The notes below the pieces were generated by a model. That model worked only from the letters and a program-made list of their open reading frames with translations, was not told the DNA's origin and searched no databases. The translations under genes were made by a program, and so were the position numbers. Below are positions 1 to 8,194 of a DNA stretch of 36,933 nt, piece by piece. Origin of the DNA: an uncultured Clostridia bacterium (GTDB lineage Bacteria > Bacillota > Clostridia > Lachnospirales > CAG-274); contig CAMOYW010000001.1 of assembly GCA_946630405.1 (NCBI GenBank), forward strand, positions 1 through 36,933. The letters are read 5' to 3'. The stretch's first letter is position 1; every line of letters starts with the position of its first letter.

Positions 1-547
1 ACCAAGCGTATGCGATAGCCCCTGAAGATGCTTCGTCAAACTTGCCGTTCTTCGAGCACAACGCACGGAAGGTGTATACATAAACATAATGGGGGGGGGT
101 AGGCTTAAATAACGCATCGTAGCGTGTCTTGCCTTCCAGGAAGGTCAATTTTAAGAACATAGCTACACGATGCCCGTCGCCTATGATAGACAACGCCTTA
201 TTCACAAACTCCGTAGCGTACTTATACGGCGGGTTGGTGATAATATCGTAATCGAGATCCCCGTTACCTTCCTGCTTCAGAAAGTCTACATCGGGTATTC
301 CAAAGCCCCTATCTATCAAGTCGGTAGAGAATACATTGTAACCGGCTTCTTCGAGCTTCTTACTGATGTGTCCTTCGCCACAAGCACATTCCCAAATGTT
401 ATTGGAAAAACTCTCTTTTGATAATAAGTCGTCAACGCATTTAGGATCGGTAGCATAATAGTCGTTTACTTCACGAACTGAATCAGAATGGTTATTAGCT
501 CCGATACAGGCATAGGCACTTTTCAAGCCCCCCGTCCAATCCTTCAT
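1..547 (-). CDS. DNA N6-adenine methyltransferase (3' end runs off the left window edge)
   Basis: Absent from the ORF track because there is no stop inside the window. Reverse translation starts at the ATG at 547, with GAGGT 6 nt upstream. It gives MKDWTGGLKSAYACIGANN...NIWECACGEGHISKKLEEAGYNVFSTDLIDRG...DYDIITNPPYKYATEFVNKAL...SSGAIAYAW. The AdoMet motif-I-like CACGEG and the catalytic NPPY are in the same frame (547-235 is divisible by 3). Confidence 0.8.
   Translation of the reverse strand, partial: MKDWTGGLKSAYACIGANNHSDSVREVNDYYATDPKCVDDLLSKESFSNNIWECACGEGHISKKLEEAGYNVFSTDLIDRGFGIPDVDFLKQEGNGDLDYDIITNPPYKYATEFVNKALSIIGDGHRVAMFLKLTFLEGKTRYDALFKPTPPHYVYVYTFRALCSKNGKFDEASSGAIAYAW
101..109. 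repeat. G9/C9 homopolymer inside the methyltransferase coding frame
   Basis: The plus strand reads ggggggggg at 101-109. On the coding strand this is CCT ACC CCC CCC CAT (PTPPH). Confidence 0.9.
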
Positions 548-555
548 GTTATACC

Positions 556-1332
556 TCATACCTTGTACTTCAAAGAACTCTTGATTATCGCTAACACTTC
601 TCCGTCAGGTAACGGCGGTTTACACACCTTCTGATTAAGGCGTAGCATTTCCTTCTTTAGTGCATCACCCTTCAGCCCTCTTACCCGTAATTGAGAACAT
701 ATCGAAAGCAACGATACATTCCTGCAACCCTGGTTTATTTCGGGATAGATAACGCACACCTTGCCGTTGGAAAGCTCGTACTTACACGAATAAATCTTCT
801 GATGCTCCGATACCTTGCTATCTCTTATCGTTTCGGGAAAATACTTCTCCACTACATAATCAATAGCTTCTTGATTTGTTATCAGCATCGAGTGATTTTC
901 GAGAACATTACCCGTGCAAATGAAAAACCGCCCGTTCTTGTAAATCTCACAACCTGCTCCGTTATTCTTGCCGTTAAACGGTAAATCGCCTTTAACGAGA
1001 ATATGGAAACCTCTACCGCTCTTTGATAACTCCGTGTAGGAATTACAAGCTTGTATTACATCTTCTGCGAGATCCGTAAGCAAATAATCTTCGTCAAAAC
1101 CCTTATCTATGTCTATCCCGACAATACCCGAATCGCTAAAAACATAGCCTGCATAGTCGTAGACACCTTCGTTTACCGCTTCAACGGCACTATCGAAGCT
1201 ATCCCAGGTGTTAGGATTAGATGCACTTGCAGCTTTAAGCTCGTAAGCTCGCATCGGTACTTTGCTATCTCTGTTAGCACACACCCAATTAGGCATAGCC
1301 TTCAGCTCGTCAGGTATTGCCGAATAGTTCAT
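556..1332 (-). CDS. Bifunctional primase-polymerase (AEP prim-pol) with PriCT-like C-terminal domain
   Basis: 258 aa. AEP motifs are present: GIDIDKG (DxD) and SGRGFHILV (sGxGxH). The C-terminal NVSLLSICSQLRVRGL...PPLPDGEVLAIIKSSLKY resembles a primase C-terminal (PriCT) domain. Confidence 0.8.
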   Translation of the reverse strand: MNYSAIPDELKAMPNWVCANRDSKVPMRAYELKAASASNPNTWDSFDSAVEAVNEGVYDYAGYVFSDSGIVGIDIDKGFDEDYLLTDLAEDVIQACNSYTELSKSGRGFHILVKGDLPFNGKNNGAGCEIYKNGRFFICTGNVLENHSMLITNQEAIDYVVEKYFPETIRDSKVSEHQKIYSCKYELSNGKVCVIYPEINQGCRNVSLLSICSQLRVRGLKGDALKKEMLRLNQKVCKPPLPDGEVLAIIKSSLKYKV

Positions 1333-1335
1333 AGA

Positions 1336-1581
1336 TTACTTACCCTTCTTTGTAAAACCGGAAGCCTTCTTCGGTGTTTCAACCTTGCCTGCAAAGAAGC
1401 TACCGTCGATCTCGATGCCGAATCCCTCAAACTTATCGGAAGCGATAACGGTCTTTGCTGATGCCAAAGCCTTCGCCTTCGCAATAGGCATAGTACCCTT
1501 GCCGAATGAACTTCCTGCGGGATAGATGTACTCTACAAGGTCTTTGTCAGCCTTATACGGTGTGAACTTTACATCTGCCAT
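1336..1581 (-). CDS. Hypothetical protein (81 aa), replication module
   Basis: ORF packed tightly between the prim-pol and the SSB-like gene, with 4-nt gaps. No family recognised. Confidence 0.6.
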   Translation of the reverse strand: MADVKFTPYKADKDLVEYIYPAGSSFGKGTMPIAKAKALASAKTVIASDKFEGFGIEIDGSFFAGKVETPKKASGFTKKGK

Positions 1582-1585
1582 ACTC

Positions 1586-2107
1586 TTACTCCTCTCCGTT
1601 CAAAAAACTGTCTATATCAAAGTCCTCGTCATTCTTGACGGGTGCTTCGTTCTGTTCCACTTGTGCAACCTTTGGGGCATGAATAATACCCTTACCGCCG
1701 ATAATACCTCTCGCCTTATCGTTCATAGGTCTATCAAACGCATCTGCTGCATCGTAGTCCTTGATATGAGCGTATGTACGCTCCTTGCCGTCGTTACCCG
1801 TATACTGTTCGTGATATACGGTGCAAGCTACATAGTGTCCTGCAAGGGATTTAGGATCTATTTCTTCTACGGAAGGATCATTAAGAATTGTACGAGCAAT
1901 CCAGGAAAATGCGTTCAACGCAGGCTCGTTCAAGTCGCCATTATCCTTGTAAATCTTATAACGCTCCGAGTGCTTACTACCGTCAGCGTTGATAAAGTGA
2001 ATCTCGATCTTTCCCCACTTCTCGTCGTAGTCTACTCCCGTAACATAAAGGACGGTTTCACCTTCCGGCAATACGGAAAAGCCATTCGATAATTTCAGCA
2101 TACCCAT
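1586..2107 (-). CDS. Putative ssDNA-binding protein (DUF669/SSB-like)
   Basis: 173 aa. The acidic tail NDEDFDIDSFLNGEE resembles an SSB C-terminal protein-interaction tip. It sits between the exonuclease and the primase. The functional call is tentative. Confidence 0.5.
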   Translation of the reverse strand: MGMLKLSNGFSVLPEGETVLYVTGVDYDEKWGKIEIHFINADGSKHSERYKIYKDNGDLNEPALNAFSWIARTILNDPSVEEIDPKSLAGHYVACTVYHEQYTGNDGKERTYAHIKDYDAADAFDRPMNDKARGIIGGKGIIHAPKVAQVEQNEAPVKNDEDFDIDSFLNGEE

Positions 2108-2109
2108 TC

Positions 2110-3144
2110 TTATTTTTCCTCCTTGTATTTAAGTGTGTCTATCGGTTTGCCTACCGTTGAATACTTATCTAACAACCCGTCAGCTTCCAAAGCCTTTTCG
2201 TTGTACTTCCTGCGTCCAGGGGTGCGTGTAACATACCACTTACCGTAAACGGCGTGATTATCGCTCTCTGTCAGATTACTTACTAATTTTTCCTTGATTG
2301 CCACCTTCAAAGCATCTAACCTTTTCACATCTGCACCGATCTTTTCTTCGAGTTCCATTTGTGAAACGGATATTTTAAGAATAAGCTCGTCGGCTTCTTT
2401 TGTCAACGCTTCAAGGTCAACATCGTCGGAAATGTAATTAGTCCGTAACTCTTTGATAATGTCCTTATCAGCATCGGTGTAATCCGGTGAGATACCCTTT
2501 AACACCTGCTCATTCCAAAAACGGGTAGCATCTGCAAGCATACCGTCAAAGTCAGGGTAACGCTCATGTACCTTGAATTCCACCGTAACCGTATTCTCTG
2601 CGGAAGGTACGAACTTGTCAGGGTGAGAATAGTCGCTCTCTTTAAGGAACGAGCATACCATAATGACATTCTCCGTACCGAGCAGGTAGGCATATAACGC
2701 CGCCTGAAGTGCGTAGTATTCGGGAACATCATTCTTCCAATCTTCCGCACGCTTTGTGGTCTTGAACTCCAATACAGTTTCGGGCTTCTCGTTATCGTCT
2801 ACGAGAATACTATCCCACATACCGCCGAATATCGGATTGCTCTTGAAGAAGTCGCCGTGTGTCTTATTGAAGAAGTCCTCACCGAATACATCAGTAGGTG
2901 TACGCAGGTTATCCATAACATACATTTCCTTCATATACTCAATCTGCTTCGGCTCGATTGTCTTACCTGCGATAGTGTAAATGGAATCCTCGAACGGTTC
3001 TTCGTAAACCTTCGTCATTTCACACCACACCTTAAAGGGTGTATTCCACCTATTCATTCCGAGCACCGCCCCGAATCTCGTACCCGTCAGCTTCTTTGTA
3101 CGCTTCGGGGGATCTACCTCTATGTGATTATCTACAAACTTCAT
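2110..3144 (-). CDS. YqaJ/lambda-Exo-like PD-(D/E)XK recombination exonuclease with C-terminal coiled-coil extension
   Basis: 344 aa. The N-terminus LTGTRFGAVLGMNRWNTPFKVW is typical of YqaJ-type nucleases. The LEFKTTKR motif (ExK) is present. It overlaps the upstream pol-ERF gene by 4 nt. Confidence 0.75.
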   Translation of the reverse strand: MKFVDNHIEVDPPKRTKKLTGTRFGAVLGMNRWNTPFKVWCEMTKVYEEPFEDSIYTIAGKTIEPKQIEYMKEMYVMDNLRTPTDVFGEDFFNKTHGDFFKSNPIFGGMWDSILVDDNEKPETVLEFKTTKRAEDWKNDVPEYYALQAALYAYLLGTENVIMVCSFLKESDYSHPDKFVPSAENTVTVEFKVHERYPDFDGMLADATRFWNEQVLKGISPDYTDADKDIIKELRTNYISDDVDLEALTKEADELILKISVSQMELEEKIGADVKRLDALKVAIKEKLVSNLTESDNHAVYGKWYVTRTPGRRKYNEKALEADGLLDKYSTVGKPIDTLKYKEEK

Positions 3145-5711
3145 GCGTCTACCTCCGACGGCATATTAGCCTTCTCCCACTCGTCGTAAGCCTTATTGCA
3201 AAGCTTAATGTACTTCTCGCAACCTGCCTTCGTTATATTAGTTAGGTTAGTAGTTTCCGTACCGATCTTTGCGATAACCTTTCTCAACTTCGTATCTTCG
3301 GTTTTGCCAAGCTTCTTCATAAGCTTCTTCAGCCCGCTAATCTGTAACTCGCTCGCATGCTCGTCAGCACCTACGATTTCTTTTGCCGTTTCTGCCCTCT
3401 CATTTGCCGTTAGAGGGGCTTTCGGTACGGAAACGGTAGTAGATACCTTTTCGTTGTTAGGAACGGTTGTAGGCTCAATCTCGTCGATTACACACAAGTC
3501 TAATGCGAGGTAGTAAAGATACCTACGAAGATAAGTGTGTGATGCACCCAAACTCTGCACCGGATTGATAGCTCTGTTCTCCGTCGGGTAACGCATCGGT
3601 GATGTAAACGATACATTTTCTTCAGGGTTATCCGTGTTGACAATGGTAAGCACCGCCAAATCTTCAGTAAATCTTACTACGCTGATAAGCCCGTACTCGT
3701 TGAACAGTTTAGTAACACGGGGTACGAAGTCCGAAAGCTCGAAGTATTCATACTGAATTGACGAATTCTTACCGCTCTGCTTCACGCTGCCGTCAAGGAT
3801 CTCCGCTCTAACCTTGTTAAGCTTCTGATATACATTCAGCTTCGAGTAGTCAGGGGCTTTCTTGACTTCGGGTGCAGGGGCTTCATTCTTGACCGTAGCC
3901 TTCTTTGTGGGAACGGCCTTCTTTTCTGCTTCCTTAATAGCGTCCATAATGGTTTCCTCCTTCTTAAACGCTTGTATTTTCTTATTTGCCATAGCAATAT
4001 AGAACGATTTATCTACATCACTTATTGCACAATGGTTATCATTGTCGATTACACAATGGTCGGGTATCGACGGTATCTTTATTCTCTGCTCGCCCTTCGT
4101 CTTGTAGAGTGTTCCGCAGGTCATATCACTTGTGGCATAGACACGGTTACACTTCTGTACCTGGATTTCTGCTCCGTCCTTGATATAAACCGCTCCGTCA
4201 AACTTCGAGCTTGCCCTTGCGATAAACTGAAATTTCTTTATGTCGTCGCAAGCGTTGATGTATTCAGCAGGATCTACACCGTGTACTAAATTCTCGACAA
4301 TAGCTTCTGCTACGACTACCGCATCGTTGTTTACCTTGAACTGTCCTACGGTAGATATACCCCTTACGAGATCGCCACCCTTCGTCTTAATGCTTCCGTC
4401 CGGCTCTACCCAAATGTAGTTATTCACATCTTTTTGGTGAAGCTCTTTGATGTTATCGACTTCGAGGGTGAAGCCCGTTCTCTCCTGCCACTCTTTGAGG
4501 ATTGCATCTACGGCTTCCTTCTGCTCCGCATCTATCTCGTACATAACACCGTCGGTATTAAGCTGCACGATAACAAGTCCTGGAATGTCCTTGTAAAGAT
4601 GCTCTGCAAGCTCCAAAAGGTATAATTGTCCGTCCATACATACCGAATGTGCCATGAGGGGATCGTAAAGGTCATTAAACGGTGCTCCTGATGCTCCGTA
4701 TGTCGTATTGACAATCAGCTTCAAAGCATTAGCCGTAGCCTTATCTCCTGCCTTCTTCGCCTTCATACGAGTTTCTAATATGTCCTCGAATATCTTGTAA
4801 GACGGGATATTCCTTGAAAGATGCTTCTTCAATGACATATCGTGAGGGTAAAAGCTTCCCACATCAGCATCAAACAAAAGCCTTCCGTTACCTTCCTTGA
4901 ACTCGTATTGAGGGATAGCGGCATGAATACCGCCCCACGCTACTTTGACCGGACAATCTCCGATAAAGAAGTCATAGCACTTCTCTTTAGGATCGTAGGT
5001 TTCCGCATTGTCGATAGCTTCCTGAAAGAAGTCTACTACACCCTGCGGTATGTACTCGTAAATAACATCGGAAGGGAATGTAAGGCAAAACTCGTCGTTA
5101 TGCTCCGCTCCGTTTGCTTTAAGCATCTTTGCCGTCAACTGTGCGTTAGTCAAAGCGGAAGCATCTAACTTCTCCATACCTGCAAGGTCGCCTACCTTTA
5201 CCTTGTTAGCAAAGTAATCTGTACGCAGGTCGTAGATAGCAAGGGCTGCATCTACATCGTGCCTGCAATACTTGATCGTTTCCTTAATCTGCTTCTTCGT
5301 CAGCTTCTTCGGATAATCGAACGGTATTGAACTCTCTACGATGTTCATATACAGATGCCCTTCAAGCCCCTTCAACGAAGTCGGGTAAGCATCGAGGTAA
5401 ACATCTATGTTATTCAGCTTAAAGCCGCCAGGTGCGAAGTCAGGGTACTTCCAAGCCGGATTACCTGCGATAATCCAATCATTCAACGCCTTCAATTCTT
5501 CAGGTGAGAAGCCCTCGATTACACCACGCATAATCCACTTATCGTAGGAATTAGTGTTGTAGCCGATAAATACATTCTCCTTATCGTCAAACAGTTCCTT
5601 GACCGCATCGTTATCGTTGACTATATCAAGCCACTTACCCGTTGCCTTATTCTTAAAGCACACAAGCCAATCGTGTGCAAAAACTTCAAAATCATAACCC
5701 CAAAGCCTCAT
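3141..5711 (-). CDS. Family-B-like DNA polymerase (3'-5' exo + pol) fused to an ERF-type single-strand annealing domain
   Basis: A single 856-aa frame. Exonuclease motifs: ExoI YDFE, ExoII YNTNSYD, ExoIII YCRHDVD. Polymerase motifs: A DADVGSFYP, B KLIVNTTYG, C QLNTDG. Residues ~623-745 are ERF-like: KQSGKNSSIQYEYFELSDF and LGASHTYLRRYLYYLALDL, compared from memory with P22 Erf FGKYKYRSCEDI and GATSSYARKYCL. Confidence 0.8.
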   Translation of the reverse strand: MRLWGYDFEVFAHDWLVCFKNKATGKWLDIVNDNDAVKELFDDKENVFIGYNTNSYDKWIMRGVIEGFSPEELKALNDWIIAGNPAWKYPDFAPGGFKLNNIDVYLDAYPTSLKGLEGHLYMNIVESSIPFDYPKKLTKKQIKETIKYCRHDVDAALAIYDLRTDYFANKVKVGDLAGMEKLDASALTNAQLTAKMLKANGAEHNDEFCLTFPSDVIYEYIPQGVVDFFQEAIDNAETYDPKEKCYDFFIGDCPVKVAWGGIHAAIPQYEFKEGNGRLLFDADVGSFYPHDMSLKKHLSRNIPSYKIFEDILETRMKAKKAGDKATANALKLIVNTTYGASGAPFNDLYDPLMAHSVCMDGQLYLLELAEHLYKDIPGLVIVQLNTDGVMYEIDAEQKEAVDAILKEWQERTGFTLEVDNIKELHQKDVNNYIWVEPDGSIKTKGGDLVRGISTVGQFKVNNDAVVVAEAIVENLVHGVDPAEYINACDDIKKFQFIARASSKFDGAVYIKDGAEIQVQKCNRVYATSDMTCGTLYKTKGEQRIKIPSIPDHCVIDNDNHCAISDVDKSFYIAMANKKIQAFKKEETIMDAIKEAEKKAVPTKKATVKNEAPAPEVKKAPDYSKLNVYQKLNKVRAEILDGSVKQSGKNSSIQYEYFELSDFVPRVTKLFNEYGLISVVRFTEDLAVLTIVNTDNPEENVSFTSPMRYPTENRAINPVQSLGASHTYLRRYLYYLALDLCVIDEIEPTTVPNNEKVSTTVSVPKAPLTANERAETAKEIVGADEHASELQISGLKKLMKKLGKTEDTKLRKVIAKIGTETTNLTNITKAGCEKYIKLCNKAYDEWEKANMPSEVDA

Positions 5712-5724
5712 TGTAATCCTCCAA

Positions 5725-7092
5725 TCATGTATAAATTTCGCAGCCTATCTTCCGATAGATCCTCAATCGCCGTTTGAAGCACTTTTGAGCGTATATAGTG
5801 TTATCCACAAAGTCATAACACCTTGCATCGGTCTTTTCTTCGTGAACTCTCGCTATCCTTCCGATAGCCTGCTCAATCACGGCTGAATCTCGATGTGGTG
5901 TCAGCATATACAACCTGGATAGTCGTGGTATGTCTAATCCCTCTTTTGCGAGATTGTAGGAAGCAAAAAGAATGTTAGCTCTGCCTTCCCTCATATCTTC
6001 GAGTGACGCCTGCCGTACTTCTCGCTTTGTCTTTCCGGTTATCACCCTTGCATCTTCTCTACCTATCATTTTGAATAAGGCTTCCGATTGAGATAACCTA
6101 TCCGTCAGCACTAATGTCGGGTGCGTTTCGTATGCGAGCATACTTGCAGCTATGTTATTTCGATGCACATTTTCAGCAAGGTAAGTGATGTACTTTGTGT
6201 AAACCATAGTGCCGTCAGCATCAAGAAAACAATCGTTGTAGCCTACATTCGTATAGATCGCTTCCACGCTCACGGGCATTACCTGATGCTCTATATCTTC
6301 AAACGGTACTTCGTAGGTTACATTACCCAAAATAGCGAATGTAGCACCTATCATACCGTCTGCACGATGTACCGTAGCGGATAACCCGTACTTGTATGGA
6401 GCTGCAAGGGTGTTTACTACTTTGTAGAACATACCAACCGATGTAGCCGAAGTGCATACACGGTGGCACTCGTCCACGATAACTATGTCGAAGTAGTTTT
6501 TGTAGCGTTCAAGCCCTGCAAAGTTAGCCATAGTCTGTACGGTAGCAAAAGTGATACCGTTGCCTATCTTCACTCTACCTTCGGTGCTCACCGTCAGCAG
6601 GCTCTTATCGAGATACTTCTTCGCCTGCGTATAAGCCTGGTCTACGAGATCCTTCGTATGAGCAAGCCACAAGGCTTTTCTCCCTCGCCTTGCTATCATA
6701 GCAATACCCATTATTGTCTTACCTGAAGCCGGACGGCTCTGTAAGATGCCGTAAGGGTGTCGAAGCATATTTGTTACCGCTTTCTCCTGATACCCTCGAA
6801 GCTCTAATGTGGATTTATAGTCAACCCTGGGCTGAAATTTCAGCCACGAATAACAGTTATCCTTCCGCATGAAGCCTTGAAGTGCGTACATATAACCGAA
6901 CGGTACATATACATAATCGTCGCCTTCTTCACGATACAAGCAAATCTCACGGGGTACATTACCCGTCCACTTACCCATACGCTTACGGTTTACATAATCA
7001 GGGTTAGCAAAAGTCAGATCCCGCTTAATTGCCTTGAGCACTTCAGGTGTCGGATATGAGATTTTGATTTCATTGTCTATTGTAAAGAACAT
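5725..7092 (-). CDS. Superfamily-2 DNA helicase (DEAD/DEAH-like, DECH box)
   Basis: 455 aa. It has LRGYQEKAV, Walker A RPASGKT and motif II IVIVDECH, plus a C-terminal helicase lobe (LFASYNLAKEGLDIP, QAIGRIAR). Confidence 0.85.
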   Translation of the reverse strand: MFFTIDNEIKISYPTPEVLKAIKRDLTFANPDYVNRKRMGKWTGNVPREICLYREEGDDYVYVPFGYMYALQGFMRKDNCYSWLKFQPRVDYKSTLELRGYQEKAVTNMLRHPYGILQSRPASGKTIMGIAMIARRGRKALWLAHTKDLVDQAYTQAKKYLDKSLLTVSTEGRVKIGNGITFATVQTMANFAGLERYKNYFDIVIVDECHRVCTSATSVGMFYKVVNTLAAPYKYGLSATVHRADGMIGATFAILGNVTYEVPFEDIEHQVMPVSVEAIYTNVGYNDCFLDADGTMVYTKYITYLAENVHRNNIAASMLAYETHPTLVLTDRLSQSEALFKMIGREDARVITGKTKREVRQASLEDMREGRANILFASYNLAKEGLDIPRLSRLYMLTPHRDSAVIEQAIGRIARVHEEKTDARCYDFVDNTIYAQKCFKRRLRIYRKIGCEIYT

Positions 7093-7496
7093 TAGAATAT
7101 CTCCCTAAATGTGAATGAACACTCTTTGATAGCTTCCGAATTCAGACTACGAACATTGTTATCAAGGCAATTACAGATAGTCTTAAACGGTATGAAGTAA
7201 ACTTCTTCTTCGTCCGGTAACTGAAGTGCAAAGAACGCTTCGTGTTGTGTTCTTTCAAGCCACCTGCTCATGGATAAGAACTGATTTTCTTCAACTCTCG
7301 TAAGCGGAAAACGGCCTGATTTGCAATCCTTTGCATCTATGATAAAAGCATCTACGCCTTTAACGGCTATCAGGTCGCACGGCTGCCCCGCCTGATTCTG
7401 CTGAAACAGATGTACCCAATATCCGTTCTCGTAAAACAAGTCCTTCAGCTTGACTTCAAACTCCGTACCTTCATTCTTATTACTGTTCGCTCGCAT
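7092..7496 (-). CDS. RecU-like Holliday junction resolvase
   Basis: The ORF track starts at 7673, but that N-terminus overlaps the upstream Cys-rich ORF. The internal ATG at 7496 (MRANSNKNEGTEFE...) is the likely start. The RecU-like pattern is GTEFE...CDLIAVKGVDAFIIDAKDCKSGRFPLTRVEENQ. Confidence 0.6.
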   Translation of the reverse strand: MRANSNKNEGTEFEVKLKDLFYENGYWVHLFQQNQAGQPCDLIAVKGVDAFIIDAKDCKSGRFPLTRVEENQFLSMSRWLERTQHEAFFALQLPDEEEVYFIPFKTICNCLDNNVRSLNSEAIKECSFTFREIF

Positions 7497-7695
7497 CGTG
7501 ATCTCCGTACTGTATGTAGTGGCTTTTGAATGGATAAGCCCTCTTATTCTGTTCAAACTGTTCTTCCGTAACCCTAAACGGGCAATCCTCATAGCTTGCC
7601 GGAAACGGCTTTGCTTCGGGTTTAAGGCATACGCACTCGTCTTTGTAGCCCTTAAAGTGGCAAGGCTTGTCAAATCTACAAATAAACATCTGCAT
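7480..7695 (-). CDS. Small Cys-rich protein
   Basis: MQMFICRFDKPCHFKGYKDECVCLKPE...CPF. Its ATG at 7695 overlaps the TGA of the upstream gene by 1 nt (TGATG). Confidence 0.5.
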   Translation of the reverse strand: MQMFICRFDKPCHFKGYKDECVCLKPEAKPFPASYEDCPFRVTEEQFEQNKRAYPFKSHYIQYGDHDASEQ

Positions 7696-7943
7696 CACCC
7701 CTTCGGAAAGTCCAAATCTTCGTTTGCTTGAGTAGTAACCTCTACCTTTACCGTACCCTTCTCCTGCATCTGCTTAATCAAGGCTTTCTGCTGCTCGATA
7801 GTCCGCTCTCTCGTTTTCAGCTCTTTAACGACAACCCTTGTATACAGATTTCTCGCTATACAGGTGGCTATCAGCATACCCGCCAGGAAGCCGTTAGTGC
7901 ATAGCAGGATTACCATTAAGCTATTCAGTAAAATCATATTCAT
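7695..7943 (-). CDS. Small membrane-anchored protein
   Basis: MNMILLNSLMVILLCTNGFLAGMLIATCIA forms an N-terminal TM helix, followed by a charged helix. The track start at 7949 is a TTG. The ATG at 7943 has AGGGGG upstream. Confidence 0.55.
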   Translation of the reverse strand: MNMILLNSLMVILLCTNGFLAGMLIATCIARNLYTRVVVKELKTRERTIEQQKALIKQMQEKGTVKVEVTTQANEDLDFPKG

Positions 7944-8079
7944 TGTCAACTAACCCCCTATCGTCAAGGCAAGCAAAGCACAACCGCTCGCCATTCATAT
8001 CCCATGTGTCTACCTTCATACCGCAAGCTTCACACGGGCAAGTGGTGAAGTCAGCAGCTTCATTCTTCAGTTTCTTCAT
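7921..8079 (-). CDS. 52-aa zinc-ribbon protein (below the ORF-track cutoff)
   Basis: Hand translation gives MKKLKNEAADFTTCPCEACGMKVDTWDMNGERLCFACLDDRGLVDNEYDFTE. It has CxC..C and CxxC pairs, and GGGAGAG lies just upstream of the ATG at 8079. Confidence 0.45.
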   Translation of the reverse strand: MKKLKNEAADFTTCPCEACGMKVDTWDMNGERLCFACLDDRGLVDNEYDFTE

Positions 8080-8194
8080 ACTCTCTCCCTTCAAGGTCGT
8101 TATTCTTTGATACCGCTAACAACGCAAGGCAAAACATACCCATTACCATTCCTACGGCTAAACCTACAAATAATCCGACAATAAATTCATTCAT
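8060..8194 (-). CDS. Small hydrophobic membrane protein
   Basis: MNEFIVGLFVGLAVGMVMGMFCLALLAVSKNNDLEGREYEETEE. Its ATG at 8194 overlaps the lipoprotein stop (ATGAATGA), which suggests translational coupling. Confidence 0.5.
   Translation of the reverse strand: MNEFIVGLFVGLAVGMVMGMFCLALLAVSKNNDLEGREYEETEE

Noticed and set aside
170-421. Plus-strand 83-aa track ORF at the left edge
   Set aside because: It lies antisense to a continuous minus-strand frame carrying clear methyltransferase motifs (CACGEG, NPPY). It has no SD and is a shadow ORF.
691-2092. Plus-strand ORFs 691-984, 1051-1461 and 1526-2092
   Set aside because: They are antisense shadows of the prim-pol, 81-aa and SSB-like genes. 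Their compositions are hydrophobic or low-complexity, and they lack ribosome-binding sites.
7497-7673. N-terminal 59 codons of track ORF 7092-7673
   Set aside because: This region overlaps the better-supported Cys-rich ORF in another frame. The RecU-like similarity begins only after the internal ATG at 7496.
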